NCBI GenBank assembly: GCA_000025185.1
Contig: CP001848.1
Location: forward strand, 3,930,001-3,962,000
Origin: Pirellula staleyi DSM 6068
GTDB lineage: Bacteria > Planctomycetota > Planctomycetia > Pirellulales > Pirellulaceae
Length of the DNA stretch: 32,000 nt
Direction: 5' to 3'
Shown: positions 15,383-24,540 of the stretch, piece by piece
Layout of the letters: each line of letters starts with the position of its first letter
Numbering within the stretch: the first letter of the stretch is position 1
Made by a program: the position numbers and the translations under genes
The notes under the pieces: generated by a model
The model's input: only the letters and a program-made list of their open reading frames with translations
Told to the model about the DNA's origin: nothing
Database searches by the model: none

Positions 15383-16633
15383 TTAGGGAGTGGGGTGGGG
15401 GGAGGTTGCGAGGGATTCGGCGAGGCGGCGCTGTTTGCGATAGTGGCTGGGAGTGACGCCGACTTCGCGGCAGAAGACTTCGTAGAGTTGCATGCGGTCG
15501 CTAAATCCGACGTCGCGGGCGATCTCGGTGAGGCTGCGATCGGACTGGATGAGTTCTCGCTTGGCCCGTTCGGTTCTGACGCGGCGAATTTCGTCGGCTA
15601 TCGGACGGTCGAGGACCTGCCGAAAGCGTCGCTGCAAGGTGCGGGTGTGGACGTGCAGCGACTCGGCGACCGTGTCGCAGTTGATGGGCAAATGCGAGTG
15701 GGAGGCAATGAACTCGAGGGCTTGGGCGATGAGCTTGTCTTCGACGGCGTAGAAATCGGTTGATTCGCGAACGATCATCCCTTGGGGTGGCAGGATCAGA
15801 TGCGGTGGCTGTGACGGTTTGCGTGCTGATGGTTGGAGGTGGCTCAGCCGCTTTTTTGATCGCGACCGGAGCGACTGCTGATGCATCAGTTGGTCGAGCA
15901 GCCGCGCAGCTTCGTAGCCGATGCGCTCGTAGCCGATTTCCACGCTGCTGAGCGACGGACGTGGGTGGGTGCAGAGGGTTTCTTCGTTCATGCCCGCGAC
16001 GATCGCCACATCGCCAGGAATGCGCCAGCCGCGCCTCCGGCAGAGCTGTACGACAAGGCGGCCCATCACCTCGGTGCAGATCGAGACACCGATGGGGGGC
16101 TGCCAGTGGTCCATCCAGGAGTCGATCAGCCGCTCCGTTTTCTTCCAGGTGGCATAGCTGCGACTCGGCACCAGCGGCAGTCGCTCGACGATGCAGGGAA
16201 AGCCCGCCTCGCTCACCACGGCGCGAAACGCGGCTGCTTGTTCGAGCTGAGCTTTATCTTTGCGGGTGAGCACGGCAAATTGGCGGAGGCCGCGCGCGAG
16301 GAGATGTTCGGCTTCGAGACGTCCGACAGCAGCGGCATCGTGAAACACCCCGGGGAGGGGGGCGCGAACGGGGGAATTGAACCAAATGTTGACCAGCGGA
16401 ATGGGGAAGCGGCTTTGCAGTTCGGCGAGTCGAGCCGGAATGCGTCCGATCACACCGTCGTAGAGGCGGGCCTGTTTCGGCTGTTCGAGCAGATGCTCGG
16501 CGACGTACTCGTCGATGACCGATTCCCATCCCTTTTCGGCGGCATAACGCTGCGTCCCTGCAAAAATATCGGCGTGCCGCTTAAGGGGCCAGCGAAGATC
16601 GAGCATGATCGCCACGCGGCGAGATTTAGGCAT
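15383..16633 (-). CDS. AraC-family transcriptional regulator with a periplasmic-binding-protein-like sensor domain (XylR-like), about 416 aa
   Basis: The C-terminus has an AraC HTH (..TLQRRFRQVLDRPIADEIRRVRTERAKRELIQSDRSLTEIARDVGFSDRMQLYEVFCREVGVTPSHYRK). The N-terminal and middle parts are a LacI/PBP-like fold (RVAIMLDL..). Track ORF 15383-16807 extends upstream, but M at 16633 (MPKSRRVAIMLDL) leaves a 172-bp divergent promoter region, so I prefer it. Confidence 0.85.
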   Translation of the reverse strand: MPKSRRVAIMLDLRWPLKRHADIFAGTQRYAAEKGWESVIDEYVAEHLLEQPKQARLYDGVIGRIPARLAELQSRFPIPLVNIWFNSPVRAPLPGVFHDAAAVGRLEAEHLLARGLRQFAVLTRKDKAQLEQAAAFRAVVSEAGFPCIVERLPLVPSRSYATWKKTERLIDSWMDHWQPPIGVSICTEVMGRLVVQLCRRRGWRIPGDVAIVAGMNEETLCTHPRPSLSSVEIGYERIGYEAARLLDQLMHQQSLRSRSKKRLSHLQPSARKPSQPPHLILPPQGMIVRESTDFYAVEDKLIAQALEFIASHSHLPINCDTVAESLHVHTRTLQRRFRQVLDRPIADEIRRVRTERAKRELIQSDRSLTEIARDVGFSDRMQLYEVFCREVGVTPSHYRKQRRLAESLATSPHPTP

Positions 16634-16805
16634 CGGGCACCTGTCGTCAAAACCTGCTTTTTTGTCGTAAAAACAATCTTTTGGCTCACTATACTTGGAA
16701 AGAGGTCGGTCGAGCAACTTAACGCTGCGTTTAGGGCTTGAGTGAACCACTGTTGCCTCCGCTGAGCGGTCGGCTCTGCTGCATACGAAAAGTAGGCTCT
16801 TGGCC

Positions 16806-19334
16806 ATGCGATTTTTAAGCCCTCTGTACGCCTGTTGTTTGATCTTGATCGGTTCGCTCGCGCAGGCCGAGAGCTCGCTGGCGATTCCCGAGCATGTCAG
16901 CCAGACTTTGGCGCGCTTCTGCGGCGATTGTCATGCAGCCGAGACAAGCGAAACCGACGTTCGTCTCGATGGACTGGGGAAGCTTGATCGCGGCGATCAA
17001 CTCGAACTGCTCAACAAGATGCAGGATCAGTTGTTTTTTGGGACGATGCCCCCGGGAGATGCGGAGCAAATTCCCGACGGGGAGCGAGCGCCGCTTGTCA
17101 GCTGGCTGCGAACCGAATTGCGTAAAGCCAACGCTTCGCGGCTCGATGAGAAGCTGCGTTATCCGGCGTATGGCAACTATGTCGAACACGAGCTGCTGTT
17201 CCGTCCGACGGCAACAGCCGCCGCGTACACACCAGCGCGACGCTGGCTCGTAAGTCCGCAAATTTTTACGGAGCGCGTGCTCGATGTTTTTCGGCTCGAA
17301 GGGCGCGAGCGCGAGGGGATGCGGCAGCAGGGATTTGTCGGGGTAACCAATCCGTTGGTGCTGCCTGATCAATCGGGTGTGCGCTACTACGATCATGGAA
17401 CGCTCGACGGCGGCACGCTGCTGGTGATGCTCGGCAACGCCCAGTGGATCGCCGACAAGCAAATCCGCGCGGCGCGGGTGAAGCATGGCGAGCTCGCTGC
17501 CGATGAGTTCGAAAATATGCGAGACCGCTGGTATCCCAAAATCACTCCCGCGCCACTCGAGGCGATTATCCTGAGCGACGCACCACCCACCGACGAGCAA
17601 CTGGTGGCCGCTATCGAATCGCAGTTTGCTTGTGCGTTGCAGCGCTCTCCCACCGAGGCTGAACAGCGCCGGTATCTCGAACTTGCGCGTGAAGCGATTC
17701 AGCTCGGAGGAAACACGGAAGGCTTACGGCAGATGCTGGTGACGGTGCTGCTGGAGTCGGAGTTTCTTTATCGACTCGAATTCGGCGCTGGCAAACCCGA
17801 TGAGCATGGTCGACAGCTCCTTGCGCCGCAGGAAGCTGCGTTCGCCATTGCCTATGGACTGGGGGACCGTGGTCCCGACGCCACTTTGCTGAAGGCTGCG
17901 AGTGAAGATCGGCTGAAGACGCGCGACGACTTTCGCCGCGAGGTCGAGCGTTTGCTGGCCGATCCTAACTATTATCGAGCCCCGGTCGATCCGTCGCTGA
18001 GTGGCAACCATATCAAGTCGCATGTGGTGTCGCATCCCAAGCTCGTCCGGTTTTTCCGCGAGTTCTTCGGCTATACCGGCGCGCTGAAGGTGTTTAAAGA
18101 TAGTGCCCGCAGCGGCGGCTATTATCAAAACCCCGATCGCGGACATACCGGCACTCCCGGCTGGCTGATTCAAGAAGCGGACGAACTGGTGATCTGGTGT
18201 TTGGATCGGGATCAGCAAGTGTTTGAAACGTTGCTGACGACCGACCAATATTTTGTCTACCACAATCTTGATACCAAGTCGGGGAAGGCATGCATTGCCG
18301 AGTGGCAGAAGGTGTACGAGGCGCTGCAAAACACACCCTGGAAAACCGATCCCGAACTGGTGATGAGCGAGCATCGAGAGTTGCTCGGGGCGGCGAAGAT
18401 CATCGACAGCCGCGAGAAAGAGCTGTGGAAGCAAAAGCGATCGTTCCTGTCGTACATGTATTATTTTCAGGACACGTTTGGTCGCGGAACGATCCCGTTC
18501 ACGCGGGGGCCGTTCACGCACGGCTATTCCTACACGCATGCCGCGAGCTACAGCCTCCCTCCGTTTCCGGGACGCGAGCGCTATATCGGTGTTGAGCTCG
18601 ATCGATACAAAGAGCCCGTGGATAAACCGATCTACTGGAGCTATCCGGTCGAGCAGCCGTTCACAATCGCGCATCGCAAAGGTCTACTGACGCATCCCGC
18701 CTGGCTCGTCGCGCACTCGAGCAATTTTCATACAGACCCGATTCGTCGCGGGCGCTGGATTCGCGAAAAGCTGCTTGCTGGCCGCGTGCCCGATGTGCCG
18801 ATCACGGTCGATGCGCAGGTCCCCGACGATCCGCACAAGACGCTGCGCGAGCGGGTCGAACAAGTGACGCAAAAAGCGGAATGCTGGAAGTGTCATCAGC
18901 ACATGAACCCGCTGGGTCTCCCCTTTGAAAGCTTCGACGATTTTGGCCGATTTCGTACCGAAGAGAGTCGCGAGCATCCCGAGAATTTGATTCGTAAAGG
19001 CAACGGCAAAGATCTACCCGATCTCTACGAAGTGAGTCCGATTAATACACGCGGCGCACTCAGCGGCACGCGCGACCCGCAGCTCGATGGCGAGGTGCAA
19101 GATGCTTTCGAAATGATCGATCGGCTCGCACGCTCCGAGCGCGTTCGTCAGTCGATCATTCGGCATGCGTTCCGCTTTTTCCTCGGCCGTAATGAAATGC
19201 CTTCCGATGCGCAAACGCTGCTCGATGCCGATCAGGCCTACCTTGCCAGTGGCGGCAGTTTTCGCGCTGTCGTCGTCTCGCTCTTAACCTCCGATTCCTT
19301 CATCTATCGCAAGCCCAGTCAGGATCAACCATGA
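16806..19334 (+). CDS. DUF1592/DUF1595/DUF1588/DUF1585-family protein with an N-terminal planctomycete cytochrome-c-like CxxCH motif (842 aa)
   Basis: Signal peptide MRFLSPLYACCLILIGSLAQA. Further motifs: FCGDCHAAE, THPAWLVAHSSNFHTDPIRRGRWIREKLLAG..P and ECWKCHQHMNPLGLPFESFDDFGRFR. Start taken at ATG 16806; the track uses TTG 16800. Confidence 0.9.
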   Translation: MRFLSPLYACCLILIGSLAQAESSLAIPEHVSQTLARFCGDCHAAETSETDVRLDGLGKLDRGDQLELLNKMQDQLFFGTMPPGDAEQIPDGERAPLVSWLRTELRKANASRLDEKLRYPAYGNYVEHELLFRPTATAAAYTPARRWLVSPQIFTERVLDVFRLEGREREGMRQQGFVGVTNPLVLPDQSGVRYYDHGTLDGGTLLVMLGNAQWIADKQIRAARVKHGELAADEFENMRDRWYPKITPAPLEAIILSDAPPTDEQLVAAIESQFACALQRSPTEAEQRRYLELAREAIQLGGNTEGLRQMLVTVLLESEFLYRLEFGAGKPDEHGRQLLAPQEAAFAIAYGLGDRGPDATLLKAASEDRLKTRDDFRREVERLLADPNYYRAPVDPSLSGNHIKSHVVSHPKLVRFFREFFGYTGALKVFKDSARSGGYYQNPDRGHTGTPGWLIQEADELVIWCLDRDQQVFETLLTTDQYFVYHNLDTKSGKACIAEWQKVYEALQNTPWKTDPELVMSEHRELLGAAKIIDSREKELWKQKRSFLSYMYYFQDTFGRGTIPFTRGPFTHGYSYTHAASYSLPPFPGRERYIGVELDRYKEPVDKPIYWSYPVEQPFTIAHRKGLLTHPAWLVAHSSNFHTDPIRRGRWIREKLLAGRVPDVPITVDAQVPDDPHKTLRERVEQVTQKAECWKCHQHMNPLGLPFESFDDFGRFRTEESREHPENLIRKGNGKDLPDLYEVSPINTRGALSGTRDPQLDGEVQDAFEMIDRLARSERVRQSIIRHAFRFFLGRNEMPSDAQTLLDADQAYLASGGSFRAVVVSLLTSDSFIYRKPSQDQP

Positions 19335-20752
19335 CGACGACTCGTCGAACCTTCGCCCAGCAAGCGCTGCTCGGAACCGGTGCCCTGGCTCTGCTTCCTT
19401 CGGCTCTGCTCCCCTCCCCGCTGCAGGCCGAAGCTCAGCCGACCAAGCCCCCGATGCGCTTCATCTTTCTGCATCGCGGGAACGGTCTGTTTCCCCATGT
19501 GCTCGTGCCACCGACATTCTCCCCCGAGCTGAAGGAGAAGGAGCAAAAGAAAGAGGCGTTCGAAGTCGATCTCGATCAGCACGACCTTCCCGACTGGCTC
19601 CGTCCGCTGTCGGCTCACAAAGAGAATTTGACCCTCCTGCAAGGGCTTTCTGGCAAGATGTGCACCACCGGGCATCACTCGTGGTGCTCGTCGCTGGGAG
19701 TGTTTAAAGCCAACGAGCGCGTCAGTTCGATTCGCTGGGCAACGGTCGATTTTGAACTGGCGCGGCTCTTTCCATCGCCCCTCGAGCATATCGAGCTGGC
19801 CTGTTTTCCACTCGATGGCGGCAATCCGCGCGGCAGCCTCAATGGCATTGCGCAAGGCTTTTCAGCTCGCGGTCCTCAGCAGCCGAACTATGCGTTCGGT
19901 TCGCCGCGCGTGGCGCTGCAGGAACTGTTTAAGTCGGTTTCGACCAATGCCAACGAGCAGGTGAAGTATCAGTTGCAGCGCAAGGTGCTCGAGTTTGTCT
20001 CGCAGAGCGAGCAATCACGCCTGCAAGCGGTCACTGGTGTCGAGCAGGCCAAGATCGAGCGCTACTCCGATGCGGTCGAAGCGATTCGGGAGCGCGACCG
20101 GCAAGTCGATCTGATGACCGATGCCTTGCGTCAGCACATACCCAAACTGGACGACAAATATTTAAGCGACGAGATGACGACGTACGACCGACAGGCTGGC
20201 CATACGGAAGTTTTATTGTCCGCGCTTATCTCTGGTCTGACCAACGTCGTCGCTTTCACGCTCGATGAGCTGGGACATCATTACACCGGTATTCCAGGGC
20301 TCGAAAACGAGAAAGTCAACATGCACGATGTGGGGCATGGCAAGATGATCGGCGGTGTTGCCGCTGAAGTGATCCGCGCCCGGTCCGAAGAGTATCACAT
20401 GACGCTGGTAGACCGGATCGTGACCCGCCTTAAGAGTGTCCGCGAAGGCAATGGGACAATGTTCGACAACACGATGCTGCTCTACTTCCCCGACAGTGGC
20501 GAGACCCATCACAGCCTCGGACTCGAATTTCCTTTTGTCGTCGTTTCGGGCCGCAATTGTCCGCTGAACATCGCCCGCCGCTACATTCGACTCCCAGGCT
20601 ACGGCCAGCCAGGACACAAGACCCTCGGCAACTGGTACACGTCGATTCTCAACGCCTATGGCAACCCTATCGCGCACTATGGCGATCTCGACGCTGGGCT
20701 CGCCAAATTCCATATCGACCAAAAAGGCCCCATCCCGCAGCTGATGAGCTAA
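19331..20752 (+). CDS. DUF1552 domain protein with a Tat-type signal (473 aa), partner of the DUF1592-family gene
   Basis: MTTTRRTFAQQALLGTGALALLP is twin-arginine-like. An ATGA start/stop overlap with the upstream gene (19331-19334) indicates translational coupling. The size and pairing are typical of DUF1552. Confidence 0.9.
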   Translation: MTTTRRTFAQQALLGTGALALLPSALLPSPLQAEAQPTKPPMRFIFLHRGNGLFPHVLVPPTFSPELKEKEQKKEAFEVDLDQHDLPDWLRPLSAHKENLTLLQGLSGKMCTTGHHSWCSSLGVFKANERVSSIRWATVDFELARLFPSPLEHIELACFPLDGGNPRGSLNGIAQGFSARGPQQPNYAFGSPRVALQELFKSVSTNANEQVKYQLQRKVLEFVSQSEQSRLQAVTGVEQAKIERYSDAVEAIRERDRQVDLMTDALRQHIPKLDDKYLSDEMTTYDRQAGHTEVLLSALISGLTNVVAFTLDELGHHYTGIPGLENEKVNMHDVGHGKMIGGVAAEVIRARSEEYHMTLVDRIVTRLKSVREGNGTMFDNTMLLYFPDSGETHHSLGLEFPFVVVSGRNCPLNIARRYIRLPGYGQPGHKTLGNWYTSILNAYGNPIAHYGDLDAGLAKFHIDQKGPIPQLMS

Positions 20753-20771
20753 TCGCGCTCGGAGGTTTCTT

Positions 20772-20918
20772 TCGATTTATGTCATGCAAAATGGGTGGCT
20801 ACTAGCTGGCTTGTCCAGTAGTGAGCAGTGCGAATAAGCCAAAACTGTGTTGAGCTTCGCCGAGCACAGCCACCCCATGAACCTGACATTTGATTGCCAG
20901 ACAAAGTAATAGGTCAGG
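20772..20918. repeat. Composite of partial MITE-like copies plus a second short repeat module
   Basis: 20778-20835 matches the copy B left half (ATGTCATGCAAAAtGGGTGGC..CTGGCTTGTCCAGtAGTG). 20849-20876 GTTGAGCTTCGCCGAGCACAGCCACCCC recurs at 22391-22417. 20871-20918 matches the copy A right half (GCCACCCC..CCTGACATTtGATtGCcAGAC..GTAaTAGGTCAGG). Confidence 0.5.
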
Positions 20919-21155
20919 CCAATTTCGTCGTCGGGCCTTTAGCCTACCTCCAAGCATCCCTGCAGCTGATCCTGTCGACATCCTCCTTGGCCGAGTGTTA
21001 CAACTCAGCGAAGATGAGGGTGCCTCGTCGTGAGCTTGGGTGAGGATCGACTTGCTCCACGCTATAGTCATCCCATCGCGAATCGAGAAACAAGTGATCA
21101 CTGGCCGCGCGGTCGAGTCAAATGCTGATCCCGAGCAGCCAGCAAAGGGAAAGTG

Positions 21156-22064
21156 ATGAACGAGCGACAGCGGCGGGTGAAAGTAGCGGTGGTGCAGGCT
21201 GGCTCGATCCTCGGAAGTACGCCTAAAACGCTTGAAAAACTGGCGAATTTGGCAGTCGAGGCGCGCGCGGCAGGTGCCGAACTGGCGCTCTTTCCCGAGG
21301 CATTTCTGGGTGGCTATCCCAAGGGGAGTCAGTTCGGAATAAGCCTCGGCCGCAGGAGCGACGCCGGTCGGCTCGAGTTCCAAAACTACTTTGAGAGCGC
21401 GATCGAAATTCCAGGTCCCGAGATCGACAGCCTGTCGAGCCTCGCGCGCGAGCAGCAGCTCTTTTTGGTGTCTGGTGTGATCGAGCGCAGTGGTGGCACG
21501 CTCTACTGCAGCGTCGTCTTTTTCGCTCCCGATGGAACGTATCTCGGGAAGCATCGCAAAGTGATGCCGACGGCGCTTGAGCGGGCGGTGTGGGGGTGCG
21601 GCGATGGTTCGACGCTCGCGGTGCTGCCGACCGAGATTGGCAAACTCGGCGCGGTGATCTGCTGGGAGAACTACATGCCACTGCTCCGAACCGCGATGTA
21701 CCTGCAAGGGATCGAACTCTACTGTGCGCCGACGGTCGATGATCGCGAAACCTGGATCTCGACGATGCGACACATCGCCTGCGAGGGACGCTGTTTTGTC
21801 CTCTCCGCTTGTCAGTTCATGCCTGCGGAGGCCGGCGCTGCGGGCGACGCTGTTCCGCTCATTCGAGGTGGCAGCTGCATCGTTTCTCCACTGGGAAAAT
21901 TGCTCGCGGGACCAAGTTACGGCAGTGAGACGATCCTGACAGCGGAGCTCGATCTGGCGGAAATTGTGCAGGGAAAGTTCGACCTCGATGTCGTGGGGCA
22001 TTATGCCCGCCCCGATCTGTTTCAGCTCCGCGTGAGCGATGGAAAGCAGCACGAAGCTGAGTAG
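21156..22064 (+). CDS. Nitrilase (nitrilase/cyanide hydratase superfamily, branch 1-like), 302 aa
   Basis: Glu-Lys-Cys triad contexts are present: LFPEAF, GKHRKVMPT and GAVICWENYMPL. Start taken at ATG 21156 (the track uses GTG 21153), with AAGGGA upstream. Confidence 0.9.
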   Translation: MNERQRRVKVAVVQAGSILGSTPKTLEKLANLAVEARAAGAELALFPEAFLGGYPKGSQFGISLGRRSDAGRLEFQNYFESAIEIPGPEIDSLSSLAREQQLFLVSGVIERSGGTLYCSVVFFAPDGTYLGKHRKVMPTALERAVWGCGDGSTLAVLPTEIGKLGAVICWENYMPLLRTAMYLQGIELYCAPTVDDRETWISTMRHIACEGRCFVLSACQFMPAEAGAAGDAVPLIRGGSCIVSPLGKLLAGPSYGSETILTAELDLAEIVQGKFDLDVVGHYARPDLFQLRVSDGKQHEAE

Positions 22065-22103
22065 TAAGTAGGTCCGGTTCCTCCGGACAAGAGGTGCTCA
22101 ATA

Positions 22104-22222
22104 GACCCGTAGAACTCCGTCTATCGATCCATGTCATGCAAAACGGGGTGGCACTGCTGGCTTGTCCAGCAGTGTGAATCGCAACTGAGGATGACATTAA
22201 CCGCTGGACGGACCCGTAGGTC
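22104..22222 (-). mobile_element. MITE-like element, copy B (119 bp), inverted relative to copy A
   Basis: The reverse complement reads GACCTACGGGTCCGTCCAGCGGTTAATGTCATCCTCAGTTGCGATTCACACTGCTGGACAAGCCAGCAGTGCCACCCCGTTTTGCATGACATGGATCGATAGACGGAGTTCTACGGGTC. By eye it aligns with 15019-15143 along the whole length, with scattered mismatches and small indels. Confidence 0.6.
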
Positions 22223-22245
22223 AGGTCCCCTCACAGGGACCTGAC
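22220..22245. repeat. Perfect 10-bp-stem palindrome abutting MITE copy B
   Basis: GTCAGGTCCC ctcaca GGGACCTGAC. A related palindrome, GTCAGGTAC gga GTACCTGAC, lies at 22442-22462. Confidence 0.6.
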
Positions 22246-22390
22246 GGGAGAGGATTTCGCCAGCCGAGAGGCCGCTGTGGTTTCGAGGCCCCGCAATCTG
22301 GGCCAGGGCTGCAATTTCTCCGCATGAGAACAAGCACGAGGTCGCACAAAAATTGCCAAGCGGCTTAGCCGGCAGCATGGTCCAGGCTCG

Positions 22391-22517
22391 GTTGAGCTTC
22401 GCGGAGCACAGAGCCACTCAGGCGAAAGTGAGATAGCCGGTGTCAGGTACGGAGTACCTGACCTACTACTAGATGGCAGCCTCGTTGTTGCTCCCTGACA
22501 TTCATCGCTAGATGGTC
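22391..22517. repeat. Composite repeat: module GTTGAGCTTCGCGGAGCACAGAGCCAC, a GTCAGGTAC palindrome and MITE end fragments
   Basis: GACCTACTACTAGATGG (22460-22476) matches the MITE terminal repeat. CCTGACATTCATCGCTAGATGGTC (22494-22517) matches the copy A right arm CCTGACATTGATCGCTAGACGGACC. Confidence 0.5.
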
Positions 22518-22704
22518 TGCTCGATTGTGGGACGGATGAGTAGTTCGCGCGGGGAGTGGCTCGCGAAATTTGATATCGCATTTTTCCGCAGCTTCCTACA
22601 ATGAGCCCCGTTGTTGCGGTCTCTCCCAGATCGTCTCGCGCCAAACATCTTGCGTCACGAGACCTCCCCGCGACACGTATCCATTTCACTCGAGGAATGC
22701 TGCG

Positions 22705-23964
22705 ATGACTAAAGCTTGTTATGCGCTGCTGCTGATTCTGCTGCTGGGCAATTTGGCGTCGGCCGAGAACTGGCCTGCTTGGCGCGGGCCGACGGGGCAG
22801 GGGTTCAGCGAAGAGATAAACATTCCGCTCACCTGGGGACCGGACGAGAACGTGAAGTGGAAAGTTCCCCTCGAGAATCCAGGGAACTCGACGCCGGTGA
22901 TTTGGGGAGACAAGCTGTTTTTGACGCAGGCGAACAAAGGTGGTTCGCAGCGCAGTTTGCTCTGCCTGGCACGCGAAGGTGGCAAACTGCTGTGGCAAAA
23001 AGATGTGGCTTATGTCGAGAAAGAACGGAACTGGAACGAAACGTGGTACTGCAATGCTTCACCGGTGCTCGATGGTGAGCGCGTGATTGTTTGCTTCGGT
23101 TCTGCAGGGCTCTATTGCTTCGATTTCGACGGGAAAGAGCTCTGGAAACGGACCGATCTTGGAATGTGGGAACATCCGTTTGGTAACGGCGCGTCGCCTA
23201 TTCTCTTCGGCGATCTAGTGATTCAGTGGTGTGGTCCCAACGAATCGAAGGGCCGCAACTTTTTGCTGGCAGTCAAGAAACAAAACGGGCAAACCGTTTG
23301 GGAAACCGAGCGCACGGAAGGGTCGTGGTCGACGCCGCTGATCGCGCAAGTTGATGGCAAGGATCAACTGCTGCTGGGCCACTCGCGCGATGTGAAATCG
23401 GCGCCGGAGGAGAAGACTGGTTTTCTCTATGGCTTTGATCCAGGAACTGGCGCCGAGATTTGGAAGTGCCAAGGTCTGAACAGCTACTGCTATGCCTCGC
23501 CACTCTATAGCGATGGCATTGCGGTTGGGATGTCGGGCTATGGAGGTTCGGCCTTAGCGGTGAAGTTAGAGGGTCCGGGTGATATCACGGCGAGTCGGCT
23601 CTGGCTTCATCCACGCAACACGCAACGCGTTGGATCGGGGCTGATCGTGAAGGGCTATGTGTATGTGGTCGACGAGAATGGAGTGCCGCGCTGCTACGAC
23701 CTCAAGACAGGTGAAGAGCAATGGAAGATTGAAAAGCGGCCTGGCAGCGGCGCGTCGACTTGGGGCTCGATGGTGCATGTCGACGGTCGGCTGTACGTGC
23801 TGATGCGCAATGGTGAAACGTTGGTGATGGCTGCCAAGCCGACGTTTGAGCTGCTGGCGGTGAACAAGCTGGGAGGCTCGACGAACTCGTCGCTGGCGAT
23901 CTCGAGCGAGCAGGTCTTCGTTCGGACGTTCACCCATCTCTGGTGCATCGAGGGGAAGCGGTAG
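22705..23964 (+). CDS. Secreted PQQ-like (BamB/YVTN-type) beta-propeller repeat protein, 419 aa
   Basis: The internal start MTKACYALLLILLLGNLASAENWPAWRGPTGQG gives a signal peptide plus the ENWPxWRG motif common to this family. Repeated ..G.l.c.d..tG...W.. blades follow. The track ORF begins at 22570, inside the repeat region. Confidence 0.85.
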   Translation: MTKACYALLLILLLGNLASAENWPAWRGPTGQGFSEEINIPLTWGPDENVKWKVPLENPGNSTPVIWGDKLFLTQANKGGSQRSLLCLAREGGKLLWQKDVAYVEKERNWNETWYCNASPVLDGERVIVCFGSAGLYCFDFDGKELWKRTDLGMWEHPFGNGASPILFGDLVIQWCGPNESKGRNFLLAVKKQNGQTVWETERTEGSWSTPLIAQVDGKDQLLLGHSRDVKSAPEEKTGFLYGFDPGTGAEIWKCQGLNSYCYASPLYSDGIAVGMSGYGGSALAVKLEGPGDITASRLWLHPRNTQRVGSGLIVKGYVYVVDENGVPRCYDLKTGEEQWKIEKRPGSGASTWGSMVHVDGRLYVLMRNGETLVMAAKPTFELLAVNKLGGSTNSSLAISSEQVFVRTFTHLWCIEGKR

Positions 23965-24540
23965 CGCGAAGGTCACGCCATGGTCGCGCGGAGCAAAAAC
24001 GTGTGGGGGCGCGCGAGATGTTGCGCTTCTTGCGCCAAAGCGCGAGTTTTCAGGCTCGTGCGCGATCCAAAAGGGCCTGATGCGTGGTCATAGCCGCGCC
24101 TTGGATATAGCTCTAACGGGTGGTTTGCGATCATTCTCCCTGCTGCAGGAGTACGGACACTAGATCCATTAGAGGTAGTTGATGTGTTCGCGATACTGCT
24201 GACGGGTGGTGGCATCCCGATTAATGCGCATGAAGTATGTGCAATTTCAGATTAAGCTGTGTAGACTGCACAAGTTGCACCGGGAAGATTTTGCGCGATT
24301 TTTGTCACTCTCCACTCGATAGCCGCTCTGATTGCATGCGACTTGGTATCGCTTGCATGCAGTGTTGTTGGAAGAATGCAGGGTGTTTTGGATTTTCGCG
24401 TGACGTTTTGACCAAACGGGTCAAACGGTTGTGAAACAATCTCCCATCGGTCTCCCCCCGATGTGTGCTGCAAAACCCCGAGAATTCCCCAACCTGCTTG
24501 CAATTGCGGAGATCGCTTCGTGACCATTCGTCCTCATTCG

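Noticed and set aside
15881-18674. Long antisense or alternative-frame ORFs (15881-16741 +, 16815-17600 -, 17724-18674 -).
   Set aside because: They overlap the AraC/XylR-like and DUF1592-family genes, which carry recognisable family motifs. They are high-GC shadow ORFs.
20802-22052. 416-aa minus-strand ORF, the longest in this area.
   Set aside because: It is antisense to the nitrilase, whose Glu/Lys/Cys motifs are unambiguous. Its product is Arg/Ala/Ser-rich, typical of a high-GC shadow frame, and its 3' end runs into the repeat element.
22231-22998. 255-aa minus-strand ORF, plus the 5' extension of track ORF 22570-23964.
   Set aside because: It runs through the repeat mosaics and lies antisense to the PQQ-like gene. 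The PQQ-like protein has a clean signal peptide starting at 22705.
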